Shown: positions 11,154-20,761 of the stretch, piece after piece
How the letters are laid out: the number at the start of each line of letters is the position of its first letter
How positions within the stretch are numbered: position 1 is the stretch's first letter
Source of the DNA: Thecamonas trahens ATCC 50062
Lineage: Eukaryota; Protista; Apusomonadida
Direction: 5' to 3'
Length of the DNA stretch: 64,000 nt
Assembly (NCBI RefSeq): GCF_000142905.1
Contig: NW_013657640.1
Coordinates: 247,208 to 311,207 of the forward strand
Made by a program: the position numbers and the translations under genes
The notes under the pieces: generated by a model
What the model saw: the letters and a program-made list of their open reading frames with translations, nothing else
Database searches by the model: none
Told to the model about the DNA's origin: nothing

Positions 11154-14042
11154 ATGGTCCATGGTATGGCGTGGCTGGTGATGGCTATCATAGCCTCTCT
11201 CGTCTCCCTCGCCCTGCCCCCTCAGGCAGCCGTCGCCGGCCTCGCCTCACCGCACTTGTTCGTCTACGAACCGACGGGATCCTTTCCCGTGGCTGCCTCC
11301 GACGGACCGCAGACATACGCCATCACCGCAGGCGACTCGCTCATCATCTCGTCGTCTGTCTTTGGCATCGATTGCTCGCCCATCGTCTCGCCAAATACCA
11401 CTCATTGCTCATCAATCGCTCTCAACGATGGTACCTGTCGCCTCATCCTCGCCGCCTCGCTGCCCGTCCTCGCCTCGGAGCAAGACTTTGCGTCGGCCAC
11501 AGAACCATCGCTCTCGACTAATTGGCTCTTCTCCACAGCTGGTTACGCTGAGCTCAATGCTACCTTCTTTCGCTGCGTCAATGGCGAGATCGAGGTCTCG
11601 TCGTCCGAGGATCATCCCTCGTACGCCGCCGTCAACCGGCTCCATGTCCTGCCCAAGCCTTCGGCCTCGGTTGTGGCCAGCCCACTTGTTGTCACAGTCT
11701 CGGGGTCGGTCGCGTTGCAGGCGACCGGCCTCTCAGGCGGTTCACCGCCGTACACTCTTCGCTGGCTGCTCGGCGCCTGGTCGGGCCCGGGCGATCCCGC
11801 GCCGGGCGCTAACCCGCGGACGCTGGCGCTGCGCAGCAGTGTCGGCGGCCCTGTCTCCGACGCCACCGCGCTTCTTGTCGAGGCAGACTTGGACGGATCG
11901 GCCGCCAAGGCGTACAGCGTCTCGCTGGTTGTCCGCAACGCCGAGGGCGGCGTGGCGACCGGCATCAACTCGGCGCAACAAGTCCTGGTAGTCCCGCGCG
12001 CCAACGTATCCTTTGCCATCTACGCCCCCGCAGCGATCTCTGCCGGCGTCAATGCGTCGGTTGTCGTATTCAAGACACCCGGCGGCGGAACCGGACCCGA
12101 CTACGCGCTCCTGGTCGAACTGATTGACCTGAGTAGCGGCGCCGCTACATTCTCGGCGGCGCAGACAGTGTCGACTCCCGACGCACTGCCGAACCACGCG
12201 TTCTCGACGTCGTTTGCCATCCCACTCGCTACCGCTGGGGCGTTTGATATCCGCGTCACAACCACGGACTCGGCTAACGTCACCGTGGTTGCCACTGAGG
12301 TCGGCAACGCCACGCTGGTGGTCCGGCCGCCACCGGCGCTGCTTCCGCTTGCCATTGTGGCGCGGAACATCACAGTCTCAGGCAATGCGAGTGCTGCACT
12401 CTGCAGCATCGATACCACAAGCGGCGTTCCGCCGTACAACATTGGCTACGCACTGACGCGGGTCTCGGATGGTGCAGTGCTGGCGTCAGCAACCACGGCC
12501 GCAAGCCAGATTACCATTCCATCGCTGACTATGTTGGCGAGCTGGCTGGCGCCGGCCGACACCGCGACGCTCGTCGCGCTGCGGTGCTTTGGATCAGACG
12601 ACTCGGGTGTTGACACGCCAGATGCCACGCATACGTTCTGGATCATGCCGGTGCCGACCATCACGACGCTGACGATTGCGCCGAGAGCAGCCACCCACAC
12701 TTCGAGCTTGTCGGTGGAGTTTGCGCTCACTGGCGGTGTGCCGCCCTACCGATTGACTGTGGACGCAGATGGAGTCATGCTGCCGGTCTCGGTCACCCTC
12801 ATTGCTGCTGCTGGTCCGGTGGCGGCTAATGCTGCCGTCGAGCTGTCGCTCCTGACTCTTCCGACAAACGTGACGATCTGCATTGTTGCGATTGACGCAT
12901 CCGGCGTGGCTGGTGCGGCATGCACGCCGGGGGCCTGGGTTGAAATCTCGCCTCGTGCGTTGTCGAGCGTAACAGCGACACCCGTGGCGCTCACTGAGAG
13001 CTCCACGCTGGCTCTGAGCCACACAACCTCGCTTGGCACGCTCCCGTACGCGGGCGTGGCAACGTTTTATCTGGCACGCGAGGCGGTCTGGTCATCAGTA
13101 GCGACGGTTGTCTCGTCGGGACCGGATTCGGCAGTAGTGATGGAAGCAGGCCACGTTGGGCGGGTGTATGCCTACGCTGATGTGATCGACAGCGTCGGGG
13201 TGGGCTCGCTGGCTGCCGGCATTGCCGGAGTGGCAGTCGACGTTGCGGCGCGACCGAGCGTCGACAGCGCCGCCCTCCGCTTTGCGCCCGAGTTCCTGGA
13301 TGTCAACGCAAGCCTCAGTGTGGCGCTGGCCGGTGGCGCGGTGAGCGGCGGCACCGGATCTTGCGCGACGATTGCGCTGACACTCGTCGACGCCGGCGAG
13401 ACGACGCAGGTTCTGGCGCTGCTCGGCAGCGTCGTGAGTTGCGACAGCGCAGCGGCTGTGCTTGAAGGCGTGATACTGCCTCCCGAGCTGCATCCGGCGA
13501 GCGTGCGGGTGGCGGCAGTGGCAACGGATTCAACGGGCGTGACGAGCACGGCAGCGGCGACCAGCGCCGGAGTCTTGGTCCTCCTCCCGGCCCCGAATAG
13601 CGCTGCGTCGGTCTCATCGTCGCAGACGGTCTTCGGAGTTGACTACGATCTTTTCTTCTTTCTTGTCGGCTTGGCAGTTGCCGGCACCTGCTGCTGCTGC
13701 GCGGGCGTGGTGGCGTTTGTGGCGTGGCGGCGGTACGTCCGCAGGCGCGACGAGTACAGGAGGTACCTGCTGTCGCGAAAGGCCGAGGAAGAGATGGCCA
13801 TGGCGCAAACAGCAGCAACTGCAGCAGAGCTCTCATCGTCGCTCGAGTCGACGGTCACCATCGGCTTTGAGTCGTCACATCTCGACTCGGGCTCGGGCAC
13901 CGCCGATCTGGACGAGTTGTTCAGACAGACAAGCGGAGCGCTCCAGGTTGCACGCTCGCGTGCGCTCCTCTCTACCGAGCATGTGTCCTCCGACCTCTCA
14001 TCGACAGACGCATCGCCACTCTCCGACTCTGGTCACCGGTAG
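11154..14042 (+). CDS. Type I membrane protein with a beta-rich, Ig/PKD-like repeated ectodomain
   Basis: Signal peptide (MAWLVMAIIASLVSLA); recurring G(G/V)xPPY motifs (SGGSPPYT, SGVPPYNI, TGGVPPY); a TM segment with a CCCC cluster followed by RRYVRRR. Confidence 0.75.
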   Translation: MVHGMAWLVMAIIASLVSLALPPQAAVAGLASPHLFVYEPTGSFPVAASDGPQTYAITAGDSLIISSSVFGIDCSPIVSPNTTHCSSIALNDGTCRLILAASLPVLASEQDFASATEPSLSTNWLFSTAGYAELNATFFRCVNGEIEVSSSEDHPSYAAVNRLHVLPKPSASVVASPLVVTVSGSVALQATGLSGGSPPYTLRWLLGAWSGPGDPAPGANPRTLALRSSVGGPVSDATALLVEADLDGSAAKAYSVSLVVRNAEGGVATGINSAQQVLVVPRANVSFAIYAPAAISAGVNASVVVFKTPGGGTGPDYALLVELIDLSSGAATFSAAQTVSTPDALPNHAFSTSFAIPLATAGAFDIRVTTTDSANVTVVATEVGNATLVVRPPPALLPLAIVARNITVSGNASAALCSIDTTSGVPPYNIGYALTRVSDGAVLASATTAASQITIPSLTMLASWLAPADTATLVALRCFGSDDSGVDTPDATHTFWIMPVPTITTLTIAPRAATHTSSLSVEFALTGGVPPYRLTVDADGVMLPVSVTLIAAAGPVAANAAVELSLLTLPTNVTICIVAIDASGVAGAACTPGAWVEISPRALSSVTATPVALTESSTLALSHTTSLGTLPYAGVATFYLAREAVWSSVATVVSSGPDSAVVMEAGHVGRVYAYADVIDSVGVGSLAAGIAGVAVDVAARPSVDSAALRFAPEFLDVNASLSVALAGGAVSGGTGSCATIALTLVDAGETTQVLALLGSVVSCDSAAAVLEGVILPPELHPASVRVAAVATDSTGVTSTAAATSAGVLVLLPAPNSAASVSSSQTVFGVDYDLFFFLVGLAVAGTCCCCAGVVAFVAWRRYVRRRDEYRRYLLSRKAEEEMAMAQTAATAAELSSSLESTVTIGFESSHLDSGSGTADLDELFRQTSGALQVARSRALLSTEHVSSDLSSTDASPLSDSGHR

Positions 14043-14401
14043 CACACACGATACATGAACGAGCACAATGGCAGGCGATGGGTTTGCGGCCAAGGCGCCG
14101 AGCTGTCGGATCGGCGGCGGCGGAGCCACACGACTCTGAAGATTTGGACGACGAGAGCATGTTTGCGGTGCGGAGCATTGTTCGGCAAGCGGCGGGAGCG
14201 GCATGTAGCGTCGCGAGCGGCGCGAGCGGGGGGCTGTGGAGCTGGCGTGTGCTGCAGGGACCTGCTGCTGCGCATGGCGGGCGGAGGGGTGGCGGGCAGG
14301 TGCGGGCGGTGTCAGGCGGGGTGGGCGCATGCAGTGCGGATTTGGAGAGTGGGGGGAAAAAGGAGGTCAAATACCAGGTCGATGACAAGGGTGAGGAGGC
14401 G

Positions 14402-14860
14402 ATGGATGGGGACGGCGAGCAGCAGCCGATGGGGTTCATCCAGAAGGCCAAGGTGTGGGGCGCCAACGCGCTGCTCGGCGCGTTTACGCACATCCCCGGC
14501 CGATTTGACTCGGCCTTTGCAGGGCTCACCATTACGGAGCTGGGCGATGGCGTGGTGACGTGTACGCTTGAGGTCGACAAGGGGCTACAGAACTCGTATG
14601 GAACGCTACACGGCGGGGCGATCTGCACGCTGGTGGACATTGTGGGCACGCTGGCGCTGCTCGCTAAGGATCCGACACGCGGCGGTGTGTCTGTCGCGCT
14701 CAACACCTCGTTTGCATCGGCGGCCAAGGTCGGGAGCAAGGTGGTCCTCAAGGGCAAGGTGTACAAGTACGGGCGGCGGCTAGGCTTTACGCAGGTCGAC
14801 ATCCTCAACGCCGAGACTGGCGCGGTTGTGGCGACGGGCCACCACACCAAGGCGATGTGA
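14402..14860 (+). CDS. ACOT13: Hot-dog fold acyl-CoA thioesterase (ACOT13/THEM2, PaaI family)
   Basis: [34 protein letters not shown]; start codon uncertain. Confidence 0.9.
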   Translation: MDGDGEQQPMGFIQKAKVWGANALLGAFTHIPGRFDSAFAGLTITELGDGVVTCTLEVDKGLQNSYGTLHGGAICTLVDIVGTLALLAKDPTRGGVSVALNTSFASAAKVGSKVVLKGKVYKYGRRLGFTQVDILNAETGAVVATGHHTKAM

Positions 14861-14892
14861 GAAAAAACCCAAACAGAAGCGGGAGAGCGGAG

Positions 14893-16871
14893 CTAGTCGA
14901 GGAACGAGCGCAGGCGGTCGATCTCGTCCTGCATGGCAGCGTCGTCCATGTCGTCGATCGGGGTGGTCCCGACCACACCGCCGACAAGGTCGGGGTCGCA
15001 AACGACTCGGGTTGAGCGGCCGTGAGAAAGGCGGTGAGCTCGGCAGTGGTGGTGGCCTTGGTGAGCGCAACCGAGACCAGGGTGCGGTCGGGCAGGTAGA
15101 CGTCAATCTTGAGGAGGTCAGACGAGGACGAAAACGGCTCGTTGCCTGCGGCAAGTTCGGCGGCGGCGATGGAGTCGACGTCGTCCATGGTGAGCTCGAC
15201 GGCGACGGCGTTGATGGCGCATGTAGTGGCACCGGGCAAAATCATGCAGTTGGGGTCGGCGACCGACGGCGGTGCGGACGACGAGGCGGCGGACGATGAC
15301 GTGGCGTCGGACGACGGCGGCGGCGCAGAGGCAGTGGTCGTCGTGGTTGTTGCCGGCGCGTCGGGCGCGGCGGTCGAGCGCATGTACCGCTCGAGCGCAG
15401 CGGTGATGGCGTCAGGGACTTGAGGCGAGGAATGCGAGCCAAAGATCGGAGCCATGCCGGTGGTGCCGAGCCTGCCGGACGAGATGTGCATCATGCCGCC
15501 GCGGAGGCGGAGGACGAGATGCAAGGTCGACTCCTTGCAGATGGCGTACGACATGAGGGTCCGGTCGTCCTCGACCTGCTTGCCGGCAAAGATGAGGCGC
15601 TGTTGGTCCGGCGGGATGCCCTCCTTGTCATGGAGCATATCCTTGATGTCAGAGATGGGGTAGAACGAGTTGACAGAGAGGGTGATGGTCTTGCCGGTGA
15701 GGGTCTTGACAAAGACATTGCCCGAGAACGGGTAGAGGACGCGGATGGTGTTGCCGTGGAACAGGCCGTGGCTCCCCAGCAGCGTCTCCTGGCTCTCGTC
15801 GTTGCGGTAGGCCGATCCCACAGCCTGCTTTAGCACCAGCTTGCCGCTGGAATCGAGCTCGTACGACATGGCGCCAGTCCAGTCCTGTGAGGTAAAGTCC
15901 TTGGCGTTGTTGCGTGCCACGCCGCGCGGGGTGAAGATGTGGATCTTCTCCACGTTGACGCCTGCGTTCTCTGCGAGTGTGCGCTGTGTTGCATGGATAG
16001 TAACCACGGGGGTCCATGCAGGTCATTGCCATGGTTGATGATGATGATGATTGCCATCGTACATGATGATTGACATCGTACATAATGATTGGCATTGTTG
16101 ATGATCGTTGCCATTGATGCCAATCATTGCCATTGTTGACCACCATTTCAATCGTTTCCATTTGATTCCATTCATTCCATTCGATGAGTTCTTCCATTCC
16201 ATTCCTCGCCCGGCCAACCTCCCCCCCCACNNNNNNNNNNNNNNNNNNNNNNNNNNNNNNNNNNNNNNNNNNNNNNNNNNNNNNNNNNNNNNNNNNNNNN
16301 NNNNNNNNNNNNNNNNNNNNNNNNNNNNNNNNNNNNNNNNNNNNNNNNNNNNNNNNNNNNNNNNNNNNNNNNNNNNNNNNNNNNNNNNNNNNNNNNNNNN
16401 NNNNNNNNNNNNNNNNNNNNNNNNNNNNNNNNNNNNNNNNNNNNNNNNNNNNNNNNNNNNNNNNNNNNNNNNNNNNNNNNNNNNNNNNNNNNNNNNNNNN
16501 NNNNNNNNNNNNNNNNNNNNNNNNNNNNNNNNNNNNNNNNNNNNNNNNNNNNNNNNNNNNNNNNNNNNNNNNNNNNNNNNNNNNNNNNNNNNNNNNNNNN
16601 NNNNNNNNNNNNNNNNNNNNNNNNNNNNNNNNNNNNNNNNNNNNNNNNNNNNNNNNNNNNNNNNNNNNNNNNNNNNNNNNNNNNNNNNNNNNNNNNNNNN
16701 NNNNNNNNNNNNNNNNNNNNNNNNNNNACCCCCCCCCGTACAACCCCATCATACCCCCCCCCTCTTCCAATACTCACATACACGGAAGTCCATAAAGGTC
16801 GTCTTCTTGGGGTTCGTCTCCACAAACAGCTTCTCCTCGCCATTCGGCATCTGCACCTCGAGAAGCACCAT
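14893..16871 (-). CDS. Ubiquitin-domain fusion protein; exons 16871-16782 and 15983-14893, probable frameshift near 14993
   Basis: Exon 1 ([11 protein letters not shown]...MDFR) with a GTATGT donor joins in phase 0 at a CACAG acceptor (15984). Internal ubiquitin [13 protein letters not shown]...[10 protein letters not shown]. The -1 frame gives the tail DLVGG...[10 protein letters not shown]. The intron spans an N gap that could hide further exons. Confidence 0.75.
16231..16727. other. Assembly gap (N run)
   Basis: 497 Ns flanked by poly-C. Confidence 1.
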
Positions 16872-16936
16872 TGTGAGGCGAACTGCTGTGAGTCAGGTGT
16901 AACCACCGGAGAACAATGGTAACGCCGAGCAGCTGG

Positions 16937-17143
16937 GTTGGCGATGAGCCGTTGGCGATGAGCCGAGGTTGGCGATGAGCCGAAGTCGGCGATGAGCCGA
17001 GGTTGGCGATGAGCCGAAGTTGGCGATGAGCCGTTGGCGATGAGCCGAAGTTGGCGATGAGCCGAGGTTGGCGATGAGCCGAGGTTGGCGATGAGCCGGA
17101 ATGGCGATGGGCCGGGTTGGCGATGAGCCGTTGGCGATGGGCC
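16937..17143. repeat. 14/17-bp minisatellite GTTGGCGATGAGCC(GAR), about 13 copies
   Basis: Read directly; lies in the divergent region between the ubiquitin-domain gene and ABHD17. Confidence 0.95.
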
Positions 17144-17322
17144 GCTCTTCCTCGATCCAGCCAGCCCCTTCCCCATCACCCATTGGCTCCCGAGTCAGAC
17201 CACTTGACCGCCAATTGGACTCAACCAGGCCACAGCCCTCCCCTCCCCTCCCCCCTCCTCTCCTCTCCCCTCCCCTCCCCTCCCCTCCCAGCCTCCCCAC
17301 ACCCACACAGACAAGAGCATCC

Positions 17323-18189
17323 ATGGGTGGCTCTCTGGTGTCCAAGTTTGCGTTCATTCCGCCGACGCCTGCGACATACCGAGCGGACGATGTGCGGTTC
17401 GAGGCCATTGCCGGCGGGAGCGGGCATGAGATCAGCATCCAGCACGTGAACAAGGGCTACGCCACGTCGAAGCGAAGCAGATCATCTGATCTGGTGGCTA
17501 TCTATTCTCATGGTAATGCGGAGGATTTGGGTCTCAATGCTGATCTCATCACTTATCTTGCAAATGTTGCAGAGATGGAGATCGTCGCCTACGACTACTC
17601 GGGCTACGGTCCGCTGACAAACGGCCAGGTCTCTCCGAACGAGTCGCGCGCGTATGCCAACATCGAGGCTGTCTTTGACTATGTCCACGACGTCATCGGC
17701 GTGCCTGATGAGCGTATCGTCATCATCGGTCGCTCTCTCGGCACCGGGCCCTCCTGCCAGGCCGCCATCCGCCACCCATCCATCGCCGGCCTCGTTCTCA
17801 TCTCGCCGCTTGCCTCGGCCATCAAGACACAACTGGCCTTTACCGTCCCGGGCTTTGACATCTTCAAGAACTCTTCCAAGATCTCGCATGTTGCCGCGCC
17901 GGTCCTCATCATCCACGGCACCAACGACCGCGTCGTGCCCTTTGCTCATGGCGAGCAGCTTGCAGCCCTCGCCCCTAACCTCTATGAGCTCGTCGCTGTC
18001 GACGGCGCCGGCCACAATGATCTCATCGACAGTATGGGCCTCGAAAGCTACTTTGATACCATTGCCGACTTTGTCCGCGCCCTGCCGGCGCTCAACGCTT
18101 CCGCTGCTGCCGCCGCCAGTAACTCGGATCTCGCTGCTGTCGAGGAAGTCACCGCTTCTTCGTCGTCGTTCAGCTCGCGGCGGCGGTAG
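17323..18189 (+). CDS. ABHD17: Alpha/beta hydrolase, ABHD17-like depalmitoylase
   Basis: SKFAFIPP, YSHGNAEDLG, YDYSGYG, GRSLG nucleophile motif, IIHGTNDRVV, GAGHND. Confidence 0.9.
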   Translation: MGGSLVSKFAFIPPTPATYRADDVRFEAIAGGSGHEISIQHVNKGYATSKRSRSSDLVAIYSHGNAEDLGLNADLITYLANVAEMEIVAYDYSGYGPLTNGQVSPNESRAYANIEAVFDYVHDVIGVPDERIVIIGRSLGTGPSCQAAIRHPSIAGLVLISPLASAIKTQLAFTVPGFDIFKNSSKISHVAAPVLIIHGTNDRVVPFAHGEQLAALAPNLYELVAVDGAGHNDLIDSMGLESYFDTIADFVRALPALNASAAAAASNSDLAAVEEVTASSSSFSSRRR

Positions 18190-18235
18190 CTCCCGTTCTC
18201 ACGCTCGGTTTTGTTGCGCCTGTCCGCTTGCTTCA

Positions 18236-18610
18236 TCACATCACCACACAGCCCGGCAGCTCGTTTGCGCCCATGGCGGGTGTGGGACCGGCAGCCAGTC
18301 TCGCATCGATTGCATCGGCCAGTGCAGTTGCCAGCTCCTCCGGTCGAGTTGTCCATGCCTCGACCAGGAGCAGAGCCTCAGATTCGCCAATGGGCTCACC
18401 AGACGGACCGATCTGCGCCGGATTAGCGGTAAAGATGCCCCCGTTGACCGAGAGCATCATGGGGCGGACGGCATAGTTTCCCGGGACGACCAGCTCAAAC
18501 ACATGCGTCACATCCTCCCGCCCGTCCTCTGCCCTCGTGTACGAGACCCGACACGGCAGCGCCACCTCGCGCGCACACTCTTCTGTAGCCCCTCCAACTC
18601 TGGCCGACAT
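18236..18610 (-). CDS. Small hypothetical protein (124 aa)
   Basis: Globular-looking ORF with typical codon usage; FELVVPGNY is weakly RWD/UBC-like. Confidence 0.5.
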   Translation of the reverse strand: MSARVGGATEECAREVALPCRVSYTRAEDGREDVTHVFELVVPGNYAVRPMMLSVNGGIFTANPAQIGPSGEPIGESEALLLVEAWTTRPEELATALADAIDARLAAGPTPAMGANELPGCVVM

Positions 18611-18738
18611 GGCTCGTGGCGTGCAGTGGTGCTCCCCGTCCCCGTCCCCGTCGCCCTCGGCAATCAACGCAACTCGGCTCGGCCCACACCTCCCGCGTTG
18701 GCAATGACGCGGCGGCAGCTGATGGCGATGGCAACCAT

Positions 18739-18953
18739 GACCACGACCAAGACCACGATGGCGATGATCATCCAAGCCCAACCATGCTCTGACTAAACCA
18801 TCAGTCTTGCACGATCCTTCATCGTGCTCGCTAGATGCGATGTATGGCGCCCCGGGCCACAGCGACAGTGATCACCACATCGACCACGACCACGACCACG
18901 ACCACGACCAAGACCACAATGGCGATGATCATCCAAGCCCAACCATGCTCTGA
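18739..18953. repeat. 54-bp direct repeat (18739-18792 and 18900-18953, one mismatch) with a (GACCAC)n tract
   Basis: Read directly. Confidence 0.9.
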
Positions 18954-19083
18954 TGAAACTACCAGTCCCACACAATCCCCCATCGGCTTGCCTACCGCGC
19001 AGCGCAGACCGAGTTGCTGGCTGCTGCGCGAGTTGGCAAAGGCCGGCACTCGACGCCAATCGGCCGCAGCTCGATTGGGGCCG

Positions 19084-20561
19084 ATGAGCGCCTCTGATCC
19101 CACACACGTCCCGGCAACCTCCAGCACCACCTGGCCTCCAATCAGCGCGCTTCACGAACATCTCAAAGCCTCCTTTGCCACGGCAAGTCCTCTGGGCGGT
19201 GCCGGTACCCGCCAGCGGGTGCTGATGTGGACGCCGGGCGGATCGACGGGGAGAACAATGGTGGAGACGGCCATCAAGCAGGCAGCCGCGGCAGCTGTGG
19301 CCGAGGACGGATGGAAGCCAGGAGAGGTCGATGTTGCCGCCATGGTCGATCTTGTCCGCCGAGGAGAACTCGATCGTGCCATGGTGACCATGGCGGCTCA
19401 TCTCGCCTCGGCATCGTCAGCCGTCTGGAGCCGCGAGGTCTACACCCTCCACGGCCTGCTCTCCGAGCGGACGCTTCCGGTGGACGAGGCGCTTGCGCTC
19501 TACGACCAACTGGCGAGTGTAGGCTCATGGGGAAGCGACGCTCGTGCTGTCCACGCCTTTGTCACGCGTTGCCTCGCCACCGCGTCCGGCGTCTGCAACG
19601 AGTTCCTCGACATCTGCCCATCGGCTCGCAGCCACTGGGCGGTGGTCATTGCCGAAGCCGCTGAGGCCGCCGCTCAAGCCTGCGACCCGGACATTGATGG
19701 GCCGGCGCTTGCTGCTCTCCTGCCCGATCTGGAGCCCAAGCTCAGTGTGGCAGCCGGCGCACTTGGCCTCTATGTTGCCATATCGTTGCTCTACGGCCTG
19801 CTCTGCAGCTCGGCCGAGGCGCTCGTGTGGTCGATGGATGCTTCATCGCGACTGACACTCGTTACGGCGACGTGCTCGGCATGCTCGGCAGCGTTTGACT
19901 CTTGGGACGCTGGCGACTTGTGGATGGCAAGCGCCGCCTTTGACCTTCTCGCCGACACCATCATGTGGTCAGGCGGCCTTGACTGGGTCACTTGGCGCGC
20001 CGATCCCGACCCAGGCGCGCCCCTACTGGCTGCTGCGATGGGCGAGGCTAGCATCGTCATGCGGCTGGGTCTTGCTCCCCGCACTCGCGCCCTCGCCCTC
20101 GGCGCCGTATCTCCATCAGCGTTGCTTGGCATCCCCTGGAGCGGCGAGTACTACGAGGCAAATCCGCTCACTGATGCAGCTGTCTGGCACGACGACGGCT
20201 CTGTTGTCCACGAGTTCGCAGCCTGGGACCGCCCTGCGCTCAGCACCTTTGTGACTGCTGCGGCGGCATCGCACGTCTGGGCCCGCGACGCCATCACCTC
20301 TCTCATTCCCGCCCCCGCCCCGCGCTCGTCTACGAATCGCTTCTTCCGCACGCGCTCACCGCACACATGCTCGCATCCTTCGACCCGAGAGCAGGTCGCT
20401 CCACCGGCCGCGGGCGCGGATCGGTCTGGCCGGCTATTCGTCGCCGCGCCATCTCCACGCTCTCTGACGCCGGCCATCACACTCACGACGCTGATGCCAA
20501 AGCCGACACAATCGCTAACGCGCTCATTCCCACCCCGTCAAGCTCATCCAGTACATCCTGA
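19084..20561 (+). CDS. Hypothetical helical protein, probable -1 frameshift near 20320
   Basis: Long Ala/Leu-rich ORF. After the C4 run at 20318-20321 the -1 frame reads ALVYESLLPHALTAHMLASFDP..., which is more protein-like than frame 0. Confidence 0.6.
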
Positions 20562-20761
20562 TGGCTACCAACCATCCGTGTCAACGTGCCATCATCAAAT
20601 TTCCTGCCATTGAACCACGCCCGACGTGCCAACACCCGCACTTGGCGCCAGCACCCACGTGGTAGGCTTGGCCCTTGGTCAGCCCCCCCCCCCCCCCACC
20701 CCCCTCCACTCCTCTTCCACCTTAAGAAGCATCTGCCACCGCTGCTTTCCGGCATAGCGTT

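Noticed and set aside
14805-14860. 56-nt coding overlap between ACOT13 and the ubiquitin-fusion gene
   Set aside because: It disappears once the frameshift near 14993 is corrected (stop at 14893).
16937-17143. CRISPR-like repeat or a coding repeat (ORF 16172-17179)
   Set aside because: Only 0-3 nt separate the units, and the ORF is a translation of the repeat running through an N gap.
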